Source of the DNA: Malacoraja senta
Taxonomy: Eukaryota
Assembly (NCBI GenBank): GCA_038087875.1
Contig: CM075987.1
Span: forward strand, 24,926,001-24,990,000
Length of the DNA: 64,000 nucleotides
Direction: 5' to 3'
A program made the position numbers and the translations under genes. Every line of letters begins with the position of its first letter. Positions within the stretch are counted from its first letter, which is position 1. Shown here piece by piece: positions 21,757-35,738 of the stretch. The notes beneath the pieces were generated by a model that saw nothing but the letters and a program-made list of their open reading frames with translations, ran no database searches and was not told the origin of the DNA.

Positions 21757-23587
21757 GCATGTCCCAGCTACACTAGTCCCAGCTGCCTGCACCTGGTCCA
21801 TATCCCTCCAAACTTGTCCTATCCATGTACCCGTCTAACTGCTTCTTAAACATTGGGATAGTCCCAGCCTCGACTACCTCCTGTGGCAGCTTGTTCCATA
21901 CACCCACCACCCATTGTTCGAAAAAGTTACCCCTCAGATTCCGATTAAATCTTTTCGCCTTCACCTTGAACCTATGTCCTCGATTCCCCTATTCTGCACA
22001 AGAGACTGTGCATCTACAAAACCCGCATGTCTTTGGAGTGTGGGAGGAAACCGGAGATCACGGGGAGAACGTACAAACTCCGTACAGACAGCACCCGTGG
22101 TCAGGATGGAACCCGGGTCCCTGGAGCTGTAGGGCAGCAACTCTACCGCTGCACCACCATGCCACCCTTGTATGGTTGCTTATAACTGATCCTTTTAATA
22201 TATCCATCGTCACACCTAGATTTCTTATGTCCATTCACCTATATGACCAATTAAATTAGTTCAATAATTCATTACACATATTATTTATCTCTGCATTGCC
22301 TGGTAAGTTAAATCTTGCTGTTTGGTTTGTCTGCCTGTCCTTTAAGTACATCCATTATTGGCCTCACTGCATCAACCCTGTGGGATAGAAAAATCCACAG
22401 CTGATGCTGATGAAACGATTATTGAAGAGTGACACAAAATGCTGGAGTAACTCAGCGGGTCCGGCAGCATCTGTGGAGAAAAGGGATAGTTGACGTCCCA
22501 GGTCGAGCCCCTTCTTCAGACTGAGAGTCGGGGGAGAGGGGAAACGAGAGATGTAGGTACACAGAACAAATGAATGAAAGACCTGCCAAAAGCAACGATG
22601 AACAAGGAAAGGTGGAGCCCACAATGATCCATTGTTGGCTGTGGGGTAGGTGACAACGAGTTACACAGACAGTGATACGAACACCTATTCCCTTTTCTCC
22701 AAAACCTTTCTTCAAAGGCTTTTCACTGTACCTCCTTACACGTGACAATAAACGGAACGGAACTTTCTCCAGAGATGTTGCCTGACCCGCTGAGTTACTC
22801 CAGCATTTGGTTTCTATCTTCAGTTTAAACCAGCATCTGCAGTTCCTTCTTACACAGTTGGGTAATTGAGATCGGAGGCTTTGTAATTATTTTAGTCTTT
22901 TCTGTGATATGTATTCACCTCACCAACACAGACTTTTTCCGGAGCTGATTAAGTAGGGTATAAATGTTTTCAGGTAACAAATGTAAACTCCATGGAATTT
23001 GCCGTCTTAACTTGTGATTTTAATGAACAGATTTTTTTTTCTCATTAACAAGCAAATAACAGGTAAACCAGCCATTTAGGAGAGACATTTAATTCATCAT
23101 CCAGCATTTAATTGAATAATTGAATCCATTTTATTAGCCAGGTATGTATACATACAAGGAATTTGCCTTGGTGCGTTGCTCGCAAGTAACAACACGATAT
23201 ACAGTAGACAATTAAAAATAAAACATCTAAGAAGAATATAATAAAATATCAGAGCAAAAGGAGGCTACAGACTTCTGGCTGTTGAGTAGAGCTACTACTC
23301 GTGGAAAAAATATGTTATTATATCATTTAATTAAACCATGTGATTTCACGACAGAAGCCACGGTAAAAAAATGAATGTGTGTTAAACAATTGTTCAGCAA
23401 CTTGAGCCATGAGAAGGGGAGGCACAAATTCTACTCTACATACTAAACTTAGTTTAGAGATGCAGTGCGGAATCAGGCCCTTTGGCCCACCGGCTCTGCA
23501 CCGACCAGCGATCCCCGCACACTGACACCATCCTACACACACTAGGGACAATTTACATTTTATACCAAGCCAATTAACCTGCAAACA

Positions 23588-24581
23588 GTTTCGGGTCGAG
23601 ACCCTTCTTCAGACTGATGTAAATGGAGTGGGTGGTACAGACATAGAATGTAGTCGGAGACAGTAAGCCTGGTGGGAGAACTGGGAAGAGGGAGGGGATG
23701 GAGAGAGAGGGAAAGCAAGGGCTTCTTGAAGTTGGAGAAGTCAATCTTCATACCGCTGGAGTGCAAGCTACCCAAGCGAAATATGAGGTGCTGTTCCTCC
23801 AATTTGCTCTGGGCCTCACCCTTCTTCAGACTAAGTCAGGAAAGAGGGAGATACAGAGATAAGGAAGTGTAAGGTGTGGAAATGAGACAAAGTGGATGGA
23901 GATGAAGGAAAATGTAGAATAGATCATTGTTAGCTGGGAGAAGGTAACAACAAAGCAAACAGAGATAAAATGTAAGCGAGGACAGTCAGACTAGTCGAAG
24001 AACTGGGAAGAGGGGAAGGATGGAGAGAGAGGGAAGGCAAGAGTTACTTGGTAGAGAAGTCTACTGCTGGGGTGCCAAAGCGAAATATGAGGTGCTGTTC
24101 CTCCAATTTGCACTGGGCCTCACTCTGACAATGGAGGAGGCCCAGGACAGAAAGGTCAGTGTGGGAATGGGAGGGGGAGTTAAAGTGTTTAGCAACCGGG
24201 TGAACTGGTAGATTTAAGCGGACTGAGCGGAGATGTTCAGCAAAACGACCGCCGAGCCTGCACTTGGTCTCGGCGATATACAGGAGTCCACACCTGGAAC
24301 AGCGGATTGAGTAGATGAGGTTGGAGGAGGTGCAAGTGAACCTCTGCCTCACCTGAAAAGATTGTTGGGGTCCTTGGAAGGAGTCGAGGGGGAAGCTATA
24401 GGGACAGGTGTTGCATCTCCTGCGGTTGCAGAGGAAAGTACCTGGGGAGGGGGTGGTTTGGGTGGGAAGGGATGAGTTGACCAGGGAGTTGCAGAGGGAA
24501 CGGTCTCTGTGGAAAGCTGAAAGGGATGTAGATGGGAAGATGTAGCTAGTAGCGGGATCCCGTTGGAGGTGACGAAAATGG
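23588..24581 (-). mobile_element. Tandem Penelope-like fragments (second subfamily) with partial tandem pLTRs
   Basis: FTCTSSNLIYSIRCSRCGLLYIAETK..VAKHFN, with repeated EEQHLIFRL 3' segments. Confidence 0.85.
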
Positions 24582-25637
24582 TACGTCTTTGGAGTGTGGG
24601 AGGAAACCGAAGCACCCGGAGAAAACCCACGCAGGTCACGGGGAGAACGTACAAACTCCGTACAGACAGCACCCGTAGGCAAGATCGAACCTAGGTCTCT
24701 GGCGCTGTGAGGCAGCAACTCTACCACTGCGCCAACGTGCTGCTGGTGAGGGCAGGGATTCACGATTTCATTACATATCACACAGAAGAAATCTTCTCTG
24801 CTGAATAATTTCGGTATGCAAGGAAATGAGCGCTTTATCCAACCTATATGCCTCATTGGCACCTTCCCCTCCGCCAACAATGAACCATTGTACATTTCCT
24901 TGGGGGCGGGGGAGGGACGGAGAGAGGGGAAAGCGAGGGTTACTGGAAATTGGAGAAATCAATATTCATATTTTTGGGTTGTTATGCTGCCCAAGTGAAA
25001 TATGAGGTGCTGTCCCTCCAATGTAAGTGTGTCCTCATTCTGACAGTGGAGGTGGCCCAGGACGGGAAGGCCTTTCTCTTGCCTCCATCCAATATATGAG
25101 TCGCACGATTTCTGCTTGCAGTGGGAGAGATACAGCAGAGAGGATTAGAATCTGCTGGAACAGGATTCAAATCTATCCCAGCAAAAATGAGAACCGGCTC
25201 CACACACTTGACACGCACGCACTTTATTTCTTGAAAGAATGATATTCCTTGAGCGTGCGTACATGAAGGATGGCGACTGGTTTGAATTGATGAGACTGGT
25301 GAAGTAATAACTCACGCTGCCTTGCAAGCGTGAGTGGCTAACTCCCCTTCTCTGTGTTTGAACTGAGGCTGTGAGTCATATATCACCGCTGCAAACCTCT
25401 ATTTATCTTCTTTCATTCTGAGTCATATTCAACGTCCCAATACATTTTAATGACGCTATCTGTTTCCCAATTGTTATGATGTGCGACTGACCTCTGTCTT
25501 TGTGTCTCGGGGCGTGGTTGAGGAATTGCGTGTGTTAACATGGGCGGCCATGTACAATGATGGTATTGTCGGCAGGGACCATTGGATACGAACCGTAGAC
25601 ACAAATTGCTGGAGGAACTCAGCGGGACAGGCAGCAT

Positions 25638-26152
25638 GAGTTCATAAGTGATAGGAGCAGAATTAGACCATTCGGTCCAGCAAGTCTACTCCGCCATTCA
25701 ATCATGGCTGATCTATTTCTCCCTCCTTACCCCATTCTCCTGCCTTTTCCCCCATAACCTCTGACACCCGTACTAATCAAGAATCTATCTATCCCTGACT
25801 TGAAAATTTCCATTGACATGGCCTGCAATGAATTCCACAGATTCACCACCCTCTGACTATAGAAATTCCTCCTCATCTCTTTCCGAAACGGACATTCTTT
25901 AATTTCGAGGCTATGACCTCTGGTCCTAGACTATCCCACTAGTGGAAACATCCTCTCCACACCAACTCTCTCCAGCCCTCCTCCAATTCGGTAATTTTCA
26001 ATGAGGTGTCCTCTCATCATTCTAAACACCAGCCAGTACAGGCCCAGTGCCGTCAAACGCTCATCACAGGTTAACCCAACCATTCCTCGGTACATTCTTG
26101 TAAACCTCCTCCGGACCCTCTCCACAGACAGCACATCCTTCCTCAGATGTGG
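25638..26152 (-). mobile_element. CR1-type LINE 3' fragment
   Basis: ERVRRRFTRM..RMMRGHLIE..RMFPLVG. Confidence 0.82.
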
Positions 26153-26261
26153 GACCTTCTCTGGAGAAAAGGAACGGGTGACATTTCTGGGTCAGAACCC
26201 TTCTTTCTAACTCTTTTTTCCTGCCTTTGATATTCTTTTTTTTTGTCTCTACTGATTGCGT

Positions 26262-26562
26262 TTTAGTTTTTGTTTATTGGAGATACAGTGGTGGAAACAG
26301 GCCCTTCAGCCCACCGAGTCTGCACCAACCAGCAATCCCCGCGCATTAACACGATCTTACACATCAGGGACAATTTTACATTTACACCAAGCCAATTAAC
26401 CTACAAACCTGTACGTCTTTGGAGTGTGGGAGGAAACCGGAGATCTCGGCGGAAACCCACGCAGGTCACGGGGAGAAGGTACAAACTCCGTACTGACAGC
26501 ACCCGTACCCGGGTCTCCGGCGCTGTAAAGCAATAGCTCTACCGCTGCGCCACCGTGCCGCC
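26262..26562 (-). mobile_element. HE1-type V-SINE
   Basis: Same consensus. Confidence 0.87.
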
Positions 26563-27377
26563 CTAATTGTGCCATATTTATTCCATCTTAACTCCGTGAT
26601 TAATGGTATTTATTCAGTCTGAAGGATGCACGTCGTCTGTGTGGAACTATTTGGTAGGCCAAGATGCTGCCCGTCCCGCTGAGTTACTCCTGCTTTTTGT
26701 GTCTATCTTCGGTTTAAACCAGCATCTGCAGTTCCTTCGTACACGTTAAAATAGAAGTCATTCGGCACACACAGTAGGCCGGGAAGCATCTACTGAGGGA
26801 AAGACATTTAGCATTCAGATTAGCGACCTCCCATTAGACCTGCCTGAGATATTATCCTCTTCATTCGGCATGTTCAGTGTTCAAAAAGATCAACCCTTTG
26901 ATTGTCATCAACGTTGGCCTAACTATCTGAAACCAGCCAATTTGAGACAATAGACCAGCAATTCCAAATGATAACAGATCGTGGTAGTTACACAGTTAAT
27001 CAAAGCGATCTCCATTTAAATCCACGCTGTTTTTCTTCCTTCCAGGCAAATCTGCAAATTGCCCTCGATACTTTGAAATGCCACGCGAGGATTATATCTG
27101 GCTGATGAAGCCAGATAGAAATCTGCTTCTGGTTGAACAACTGGGGAACAACGAAGAGAGCACATTATTTTTTGTAGCGCAAAGCAAACGGGCGCTGCAC
27201 TTGGTGTCAAAGCTGGTGACAGCGATGCTGTAGGGAGAGCACCTTGTCGGGATGTCTCTCAGCTTGGTGTGACAACTGGTCCGCCCGAGAAATTTAAGAG
27301 AGTTGCGGATGCAGCTCCAGTCCAACACGCGTGCCACCCTCCCCCCACCAACTCCAACTGCACTTCAAACACTCCCT

Positions 27378-27960
27378 CATAAGTTCACAGGTGATCGGAG
27401 CAGAATTAGGCCATTCGGCCCATCAAGTCTACTCCGCCATTCAATGATCCATCTCTCCCTCCTAACCCCATGAGACAATAGACAATAGGTGCAGGAGTAG
27501 GCCATTCGGCACTTCGAGCCAGCACCACCATTCAATGTGATCATGGCTGATCATCCCCAATCAGTACCCCGTTCCTGCCTTCTCCCCATATCCCCTGAAC
27601 TCCGCTATCTTTAAGAGCCCTATCTAGCTCCCTCTTGAAAGTATCCCGAGAACCGGCCTCCACCACCCTCTGAGGCAGAGAATTCCACAGACTCCTGCCT
27701 TCTCTCCATAACCCCTGACGCCCGTACTAATCAAGTATCTACCTATCTCTGCCTTAAAAATATCCATTCTCTTGGCCTCCACAGCCTTCTGTGGCAAAAA
27801 ATTCCACAGATTCACCACCCGCTGACTAAAGAAATTCCTCTAATCATCTCCTTACCTGAAGGTACGTCCTTTAATTCTGAGGCTATGACCTCTCTAATCA
27901 TACACTCTCCCACTAGTGGAAACATCCTCTCCCCATCCACTTTGTCCAAACCCTTCACTT
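27378..27960 (-). mobile_element. CR1-type fragment with a second CR1 3' end nested in it (~27472-27692)
   Basis: VNLWNFLPQKAVEAK..; two different CR1 3'UTR types are interleaved. Confidence 0.75.
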
Positions 27961-28786
27961 TAATGCACGCCTCAGTTGGCCTCCAGCCAGCGTCCATCTA
28001 ATCAAGATGTGTACATTGGAGTGCATGGTGAATGTGAATATCCAAACATGAGCACCTCCACCTCCCCTGATTACGTTGTCATATTTTTGTGAGGTATTTC
28101 AATCTGGCAAGGATCTGAAATTGTAACAGCGCAATGAAAAAAATGAGCAGGGTGCTGGATTCAGATACTGAAGCGAAGACTCTCACAAGCATAGTCTTGT
28201 CTCAAACTCTTCCGGGGAACAAAGGACTATGCAGTTTGCTTGTGTCTTGTGGTTCGCTATTCTAATTCACACAAGACAATTTTCGCCACTTGGGAGTGAA
28301 GCTCATGTATAATTTATAATTTGTCCTGCCTCTGGCTATCTCAGCAGCTCTAGTGGTGAACTCTGCCTGAATCTTTGTTTTGATTCAATTATGTCCTGCG
28401 TCCAGCCTGCTATGAATCAATGTCCCTCTCGACTGGCTATGGGAGGCTGGAAATGGCCGTGTAAAGTGGCTGGGTACTGCTCCTTGCTTCCCTTTTTAGA
28501 CTAGATGCACAATGTTGTGCTTTCGTGTGGAACTCCTTGGCTGTTGCAAGGAAATAGTTGAGGGCGGCACGGTGGCGGAGTGGTAGAGCTACCGCCTCAC
28601 AGCGCCAGAGACCCGGGTTCGATCCTGACTGCGGGTGCTTGTCTGTACGGAGTTTGTACCTTCTCCCCGTGACCTGAGTGGGTTTTCTCCGAGATCTTTG
28701 GCATCCTCCCACAGTCCAAAGACGTACAGGTTATGTAAAGTGACGTAAATGTAAAGTGTTCCCTAGCGTGTGGGGTGTCAGTGTTC

Positions 28787-29116
28787 AAGCCCTGTCCCAC
28801 TGTACCAGTTCATTCCAAGACCTCTCCCGCGTTTGCCCTGATTCGAACTCGGAGATTTACGGTAATGGCCACTCGTCGGTACTCGGGGCTCTCGTGGACA
28901 TTTTTCAACATGTTGAAAAATCTTCACGAGTCTTCCCGTGCTTACCTGCCGTTAGCAAGTCTTCCCGAGTACCTGCCGTTAGTGTTACGAGCCGCTAAGA
29001 GACGTCCCCGAGCTCCGACGTACCCGCTACGTTCATTCTCCGTGCTTACCACGAGTTTGATTTTTTTAAAACTCGGGAGAGCTCTTGGAATGAACTCGTA
29101 CCGTGGGACAGGGCTA
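28787..29116. mobile_element. PIF/Harbinger-type MITE inserted in an HE1 SINE
   Basis: TIR agccctgtcccac / gtgggacagggct; near-identical to 48931-49252. Confidence 0.85.
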
Positions 29117-29770
29117 TTAGTGTGCGGTCGCTGCATCTCTAAACGAAACTAAAAAAATGAGTAGTTAGAATAGATCGGGTAGACACACAGAGTCTCTTGC
29201 CCAGAGTAGGGGAATCAAGAACCAGAGGACATAGGTTTAAGGTGAGGAGGTGAAGATTTAATCGGAACCTGAGGAGTATGTTTTTCACATCAAGAATGGT
29301 GGGCGTGTGGAACGAGCTGCCGGTAGAGGCAGGTACTGTCACAACATTTATGAAACATTTAGACAGGTACATGGATAGTGTAGATGGTTTATGCATGCAA
29401 CCAATCACATAGCTACCTCCCCACTACTAACCCCGCCTTAAGTATCATTTATAATAACGCCTGCTTCTCCTTCTGCGCAGTACAGTAGCAGACTGGAGTC
29501 AGTGACTACTCATGTGTTGCTTAACTCTGTATACTTATTAAAGACTATTATAATGCTACACGTGTGTAATGACTATTTACAGATAGGAAAGGTTTAGAGG
29601 GATATGGGCCAAACGCAGGCAGGTGGGACTTGCACAGATGGGACATGTTGGCCGGTGTGGGCAAGTTTTACAAACTAATGTGTCATCTGTGCCAACTAAA
29701 CTCTGATTGCAATGGAACTGAAATTTGCGGCTTAATTTTGTTTAGTTTAGTTTGGAGATGCTGCATGGAA

Positions 29771-30607
29771 TTGATGTGGGTGGGCTCACATCGCAGCGGC
29801 CTCTGCAGTCTGTCTGTCTTTTTTTTATTTTTGTCTCGTTTGAGTGTATTTATAGTGGGGTTTTTTAACTGGGTATGTGTGCGTGGGGGGCGGGAGGTGG
29901 GGAAACTTTTAAAATCTTTTCCCTGTACGGAGGACCCGACCTTTTCCCTGTCGGGTCTCCGTTGTCGTTGGGGCCTTGCACCGTGGAGCAGCCTCCAACC
30001 GGAACGACCTGGGGCTCCAGTCGCGGAGCCTGCGGACTACTCACCATCGCGGAGCTGGCCGAGTTCAGAACGGGAGGAGCTGTGGTGGCGCGCGGCTGCG
30101 ACCCGACCTCGGAGATTCGGAGGCTCCTGCCGCAGGTCTGGTGGACGGTAACATCGGGAGCTCGCGGGTCCCTGGTGGGAGACCGCTTTTCGGAGCTCCC
30201 GCAACGGCAACTTCTCCCGCCCGAGTTGCGGGGTTGAAAATGACCTGGAGCAGGGTCTTACATCGCCCGGCGCAGCTTTAATGGCCACGGGACTTGCTAG
30301 CGCCCGTCGGGGGCTCCAACATCAAGACCCGGAGCGTGGCCTTGCATCGCCCGGCGCGGCTTTAATGGCCGCGGGACTTATTTACCATCGTCCGCCGGGG
30401 GCTTTGACTCTGACATCGGGAGGAGAATGTGGAGTGCAGGGGAGAGAGAAGACTTTGCCTTCCATCACAGCGAGGAGGAGATTCACTGTGATGGATGTTT
30501 GTGTAAATTGTGTTGTGTCTTGGTTCTTCTACTTGTTTGTATGACTGCAGAAACCAAATTTCGTTTGAACCTCAATGAGGTTCAAATGACAACAAATAAA
30601 TTGTAAT
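29771..30607 (+). mobile_element. GC-rich non-coding retroposon (type A), second copy, inserted in an HE1 tail
   Basis: Collinear with 11261-12160. TGGAA duplication at 29766-29770 and 30608-30612. Confidence 0.8.
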
Positions 30608-30965
30608 TGGAAACAGGTCCTTTGGCCCACTGAGTCCACACTGACCATCAATCATCCGTTCACACTACTTCTGTTATCCACTCCTGACGCAGTAGGGACA
30701 ATTTTACAATGGCCTATTAACCTACAAAGCCGCACGTCTTTGGGAAGAAACCGGAGCCTCTGAGGGAAACCCAGGGAGAACTTGCGAACTCCACATCGGT
30801 AGCACCCAAGGTTAGAATTAAACCTGGGTCTCACGGGTTGTGAGTCAACAGATCTACCAGCTGCAATGCATTGTAATGATCGGATGGATTGAAGTTTGGT
30901 CATGGAAGAAGAAAATTGCCGGCAAAATCACCTTTGCCTTTTTAAATGTAATATCAAAATACTTG

Positions 30966-31402
30966 CTTCGCCCAACACCTCCGCTCGGTTCGCAATAACC
31001 AACCTGATCTCCCGGTGGCTCAGCACTTCAACTCCCCCTCCCATTCCGAATCTGACCTTTCTGTCCTGGGCCTCCTCCATTGCCAGAGTGAGGACCACCG
31101 TAAATTGGAGGAGCAGCACCTCATATTTCCCTTGGGCAGTTTACACCCCAACATTGACTTCTCTAATTTCAGGTAGTCCTTACTTTCTCCTCCCCTTCTC
31201 AGCTCTGCCTCAGCCCACTGGCTCCACCTCTTCCTTTCTTCCTCCCGCTCCTCCCCCCCCCCACCCTCACATCAGTCTGAAGAAGGGTTTCGACCCGAAA
31301 CGTTGCCTATTTCCTTCGCTCCATAGATGCTGCCGCACCCGCTGAGTTTCTCCAGCAGTTTTGTCTACCTTCGATTTTCCAGTATCTGCAGTTCCTTCTT
31401 AA
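30966..31402 (+). mobile_element. Penelope-like 3' fragment and pLTR
   Basis: Same GIY-YIG C-terminal sequence; hammerhead core at ~31277-31303. Confidence 0.85.
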
Positions 31403-31473
31403 ATACTTGCAGATGCTGGTTTGTATTAAGGACACAAAATGCTAGAATAATTCAGCGGGTAAAGCAGCATTTC

Positions 31474-31673
31474 NNNNNNNNNNNNNNNNNNNNNNNNNNN
31501 NNNNNNNNNNNNNNNNNNNNNNNNNNNNNNNNNNNNNNNNNNNNNNNNNNNNNNNNNNNNNNNNNNNNNNNNNNNNNNNNNNNNNNNNNNNNNNNNNNNN
31601 NNNNNNNNNNNNNNNNNNNNNNNNNNNNNNNNNNNNNNNNNNNNNNNNNNNNNNNNNNNNNNNNNNNNNNNNN
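31474..31673. other. Assembly gap (200 N)
   Basis: Run of N; true size unknown. Confidence 0.99.
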
Positions 31674-32318
31674 CATACCCTCTGATCCCTTTAGCCACAA
31701 GGGCCACATCTAACTCCCTCTTAAATATAGCCAATGAACTGGCCTCGACTACCCTCTGTGGCAGAGAGTTCCAGAGATTCACCACTCTCTGTGTGAAAAA
31801 AGTTTTTCTCATCTCGGTTTTAAAGGATTTCCCCCTTATCCTTAAGCTGTGACCCCTTGTCCTGGACTTCCCCAACATCGGGAGCAATCTTCCTGCATCT
31901 AGCATGTCCAACTCCTTAAGAATTTTGTAAGTTTCTATAAGATCCCCTCTCAATCTCCTAAATTCTAGAGAGTATAAACCAAGTCTATCCAGTCTTTCTT
32001 CATAGACAGTCCTGACATCCCAGGAATCAGTCTGGTGAACCTACTCTGCACTCCCTCTATGGCTATAATGTCCCTCCTCAGATTTGGAGACCAAAACTGT
32101 ACGCAATACTCCAGGTGTGGTCTCACCAAGACCCTGTACAACTGCAGTAGAACCTCCCTGCTCCTATACTCAAATCCTTTTGCTATGAAAGCTAACATAC
32201 CATTCGCTTTCTTCACTGCCTGCTGCACCTGCATGCCTACTTTCAATGACTGGTGTACCATGACACACAGGTCTCGCTGCATCTCCCCTTTTCCTAGTCG
32301 GCCACCATTTAGATAATA
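31674..32318 (-). mobile_element. CR1/HER1-type LINE fragment abutting the assembly gap
   Basis: KKANGMLAFI..LVRPHLEYCVQFWSP..RGDLIETYK. Confidence 0.92.
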
Positions 32319-32994
32319 TGTGCGGGGATCGGTGGTGGGCACGGACTCGGTGGGCCGAAGGGCCTGTTCCGTGCTGTATCTCTAAACTAAACGAAACTAA
32401 ACTGAAAGAATCCATTCACCCACAGTGCAGGCTGTTGCTACCCGCCATGTCCCTGTGTGGTTTGCGTTTTGCTGTTGTTAATTGCCTCCGCAGCTGAAAG
32501 ATGTTGGGGGGAGGGGGGGGGGGGGGGGGGGTAGAACTGGGGAACCTAAATGTGAATTGACAAAGAAAGCATCTGCAAGAAGTTGGAGCGACCACACTGA
32601 GCAGCGAAAAATAGTCCACAGGGGGAATTAACACGTCACATTTGCAGAGTAAGGGAGCAGGCTGGCACCAGGGGGAGAGAAATTAATTGCTAAAGTTTAT
32701 TAAGGGCCGTAACTGATGTGCAGCTGGTAATGACTGATGTTCCAATGGCATAGACCCAGATCTAAATGGTCCCAAGATCACATGCTGGTCTCAATGGATG
32801 GAGTTGAGATTTTTGACACTGAATGAATGAATGAATGAATAAGCTTATTGGCCAAGTATATTCACATACAAGGAATTTGCCTTGGTGCTCCGCCCACAAG
32901 TGACAGCATGACACACAGTGACAGTTAGGAATGACACATAAAACGCCTCAATAGACGCCACTTTTTACATGTAATTTGCCTCGTGCTGCTTCAA

Positions 32995-33375
32995 TGGGGG
33001 GCCTCATTGAAACGTACAGAACAGTGAAAGGCTTGGATAGAGTGGATGTGGACAGGATGTTTCCACTAGTGGGGAGAATTTAAGACTGGAGGTCAGAGCC
33101 TCAGAATTAAAGGTTGTTCTTTGAGGAAGGCGATGAGGAGAAATTTCTTTGGTCAGAGGGCGGTGAATCTGTGGAATACTTTGCCACAGAGGCTGTGGAG
33201 GCCAAGTCAGTGGATATTTTTTAAGGCAGAGATAGAAAGATTCTTGATTAGTGTGGGTGTCAGAGGTTATGGGGAGAAGGCAGGAGAATGGGGTTAGGAG
33301 GGAGAGATAGATCAGACTTGATGGGCCGAATGGCTTAATTCTACTCCTATCCCTTATGTCCTTATAACCTTATAA
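32995..33375 (+). mobile_element. CR1-type LINE 3' fragment
   Basis: Degenerate LIETY..GLDRVDV..MFPLVG..VNLWN followed by a CR1 3'UTR. Confidence 0.78.
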
Positions 33376-35157
33376 CTGGCCTGTAGAACAAGTGAATCCC
33401 AAGGTGCTGTAACTGTATCGGGACAGCACAGTGGCAATAAAGAGGCTTTTTGATAGACACATGAACATACAGTCTACTCCGCCACTGAAGGGTCTGAAGA
33501 AGGCTGAAGAAGGGTTTCGGCCCGAACGTCACCCATTCCTTCTCTCCAGAGAAGCAACCTGTCCCGCTGAGTTTCTCCAGACTGAAGAAGGGTCTCGACC
33601 TAAAACGTCTTGGTATTGTCTATGTGTATATTATTATTATTCTGGGAGTATGTGAAGGAAGATAAAATGAAGAATGGTCTCGACCCGAAATGTCACCCAT
33701 TCCTTCTCTCCAGAGATGCTGCCCGTCCCGCTGAGTTACTCCAGCATTTTGTGTCTATCTTCGGTTTAAACCGGCATCTGCAGTTCCTTCATACACGTAC
33801 AGAGAGATGTTTTTTTTCCCTTTCTGTGCCGTTTCCAAATCAGAATTCACTTACTGAAAGGAATTAGATTGCTTCACTTTGCTGTATGTGAGTTGATTGT
33901 CCGAGTGAACAGAGAGTTGAGCAGACAATGGTGGCTGTCAGGAGAGGGGAAATTGCAGGCTGAATTTGGTGAATGTTCTGACTCAGGGGCTGAAGATTAA
34001 GGGCATGCTTACTTTCAGGCAACAGAATGAAGTGGCTTGAGCTGCACTTAGATGAGAGGCTGTTACAGCCTCGGCCCTGAGATTTGAGGCACAGGTTCCG
34101 CCAAGTGATTCCACTCAGCTCCCCTCCCAGCCATTTTTGCGAAATTCAGCAAAATTCCAAACTGAATTTAAACAAGTTTTATTTGTCCTTTCCGCTGGTT
34201 CAGTCTTTAAATTGCTCCCGTGTTCTGCACAGGAGGCCAGAAACATTGATATTGCCGTCAGTGTATGAGGCCAATTAGGACAGTAATTGCTGCCGGTTCC
34301 CCGGTTTAATGCTATTGGCCTTTGAACATATTTCATGGCCTATTATTAACAGCTTGCTTTTGATACCATGTATTTTTTAAGGGAAAAATCCACATTTTCT
34401 CTCTCTCAAATAACTAATTTGCGGAATGGACTCCAACACTATTTTGCGCAGCTGATTTCCAATCCAATCTAAGGTAATTGGATGAATACGTTCCCCTTGG
34501 CACTGAAACTGTCTTTTTTGGCAGTCACAATGCAGTTCCCTTTGAGTAGAGACTTGTAATTTAAAAAAAAAAGACTAAGTCGCGATGGACTTTTCTTTAT
34601 TAACTCAGAGTCTCTCAGAGTCTCCGCCAGCTGATGTTCACGTTATTATCAGCTCTCGACCATGAACCAGAATTCAACAGACAATCTCATGGTTGGCTAT
34701 TTCTGAACAGCTATTGAGCTGAATAGACTTTAAATCTCTTCCGGTGGAGGCTTGCGAGTCCTAGCAGCCAAGTTATTACCTACAGTATATGATAGACGTA
34801 TCATCGCTGGTTTAACCCTCCAGTGAACTGAATGCTTTCACTTCACTGATGGTAGGAATTGTTCTTGGAGTCTGCTTTAGCTAATTAAGCTTAGTTTAGT
34901 TCAAGTTTCAGTTTAGTTTAGTCTATTACAGTCACGCGTACCGAGGTACAGTGAAAGCTGTTTTGTTGCGTGCTATCCAGTCAGTGTAAAGGCTATATAT
35001 GATTACAATCAGTGCACAGAAACATAATGAAGGGTATAACATCCAGTGTAAGTCCACTAAAGTCCGATTAAAGATAGTTTAAAGGTCTCTAACGTAGTAG
35101 ATGTGAGGTCAATAACTGATGAATAGCGGGTATAAGACACACTTTGAGAATTGTTTA

Positions 35158-35738
35158 TGTGTAGGAAGGAACTGCAGATGCTGGTTTAAACCGAAGATAG
35201 TCACAAAATGCTGGAGTAACTCAGCGGGACGGGCAGCATCTCTGGAGAGAAGGAATGGGCGACGTTTCAGGTCGAAACCCTTCTTCAGACTGATGTCAGG
35301 GGAGAGGGATATACAGAGATAAGGAAGTGTAAGGTGTGAAACGGGACAAAGGGAATGGAGATCAAGGAAAGTGTGGAATAGATCATCGTTAGCTGGGAGA
35401 AGGTATCAACAAAGCAGACAGGGATAAAATGTAGTCGGAGACAGTAGGACTGGTCGGAGAACTGGGAAGGTGGAGGGGATGGAGGGAGAGGGAAAGCAAG
35501 GGTTACTTGAAGTTAGAGAAGTCAATGTTCATACCGCTGGGGTGTAAGCTGCCCAAGCATAATATGAGGTGCTGCTCCTCCAATTTGCCTCACTCTGACA
35601 ATGGAGGAGGCCCAGGACAGAATGGTCAGTGTGGGAATGGGAGGGGGAGTTAAAGTGTTTAGCAACCGGGAGATCAGGTAGGTTTAGGCGGACTGAGCGG
35701 AGGTGTTCAACGAAACGATTGCCGAGCCTGCGCTTGGT
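35158..35738 (-). mobile_element. Penelope-like 3' fragment and complete pLTR
   Basis: TKRRLGNRFVEHLRSVR..VAKHFN followed by the pLTR consensus. Confidence 0.85.

Noticed and set aside
24044..24895. 283-aa ORF
   Set aside because: Read-through across unique DNA, an HE1 SINE and a Penelope fragment.
33494..33700. Three closely spaced hammerhead-like cores as a functional retrozyme array or CRISPR-like array
   Set aside because: All three cores have mutations in conserved positions and the spacing is irregular; they are nested pLTR debris.
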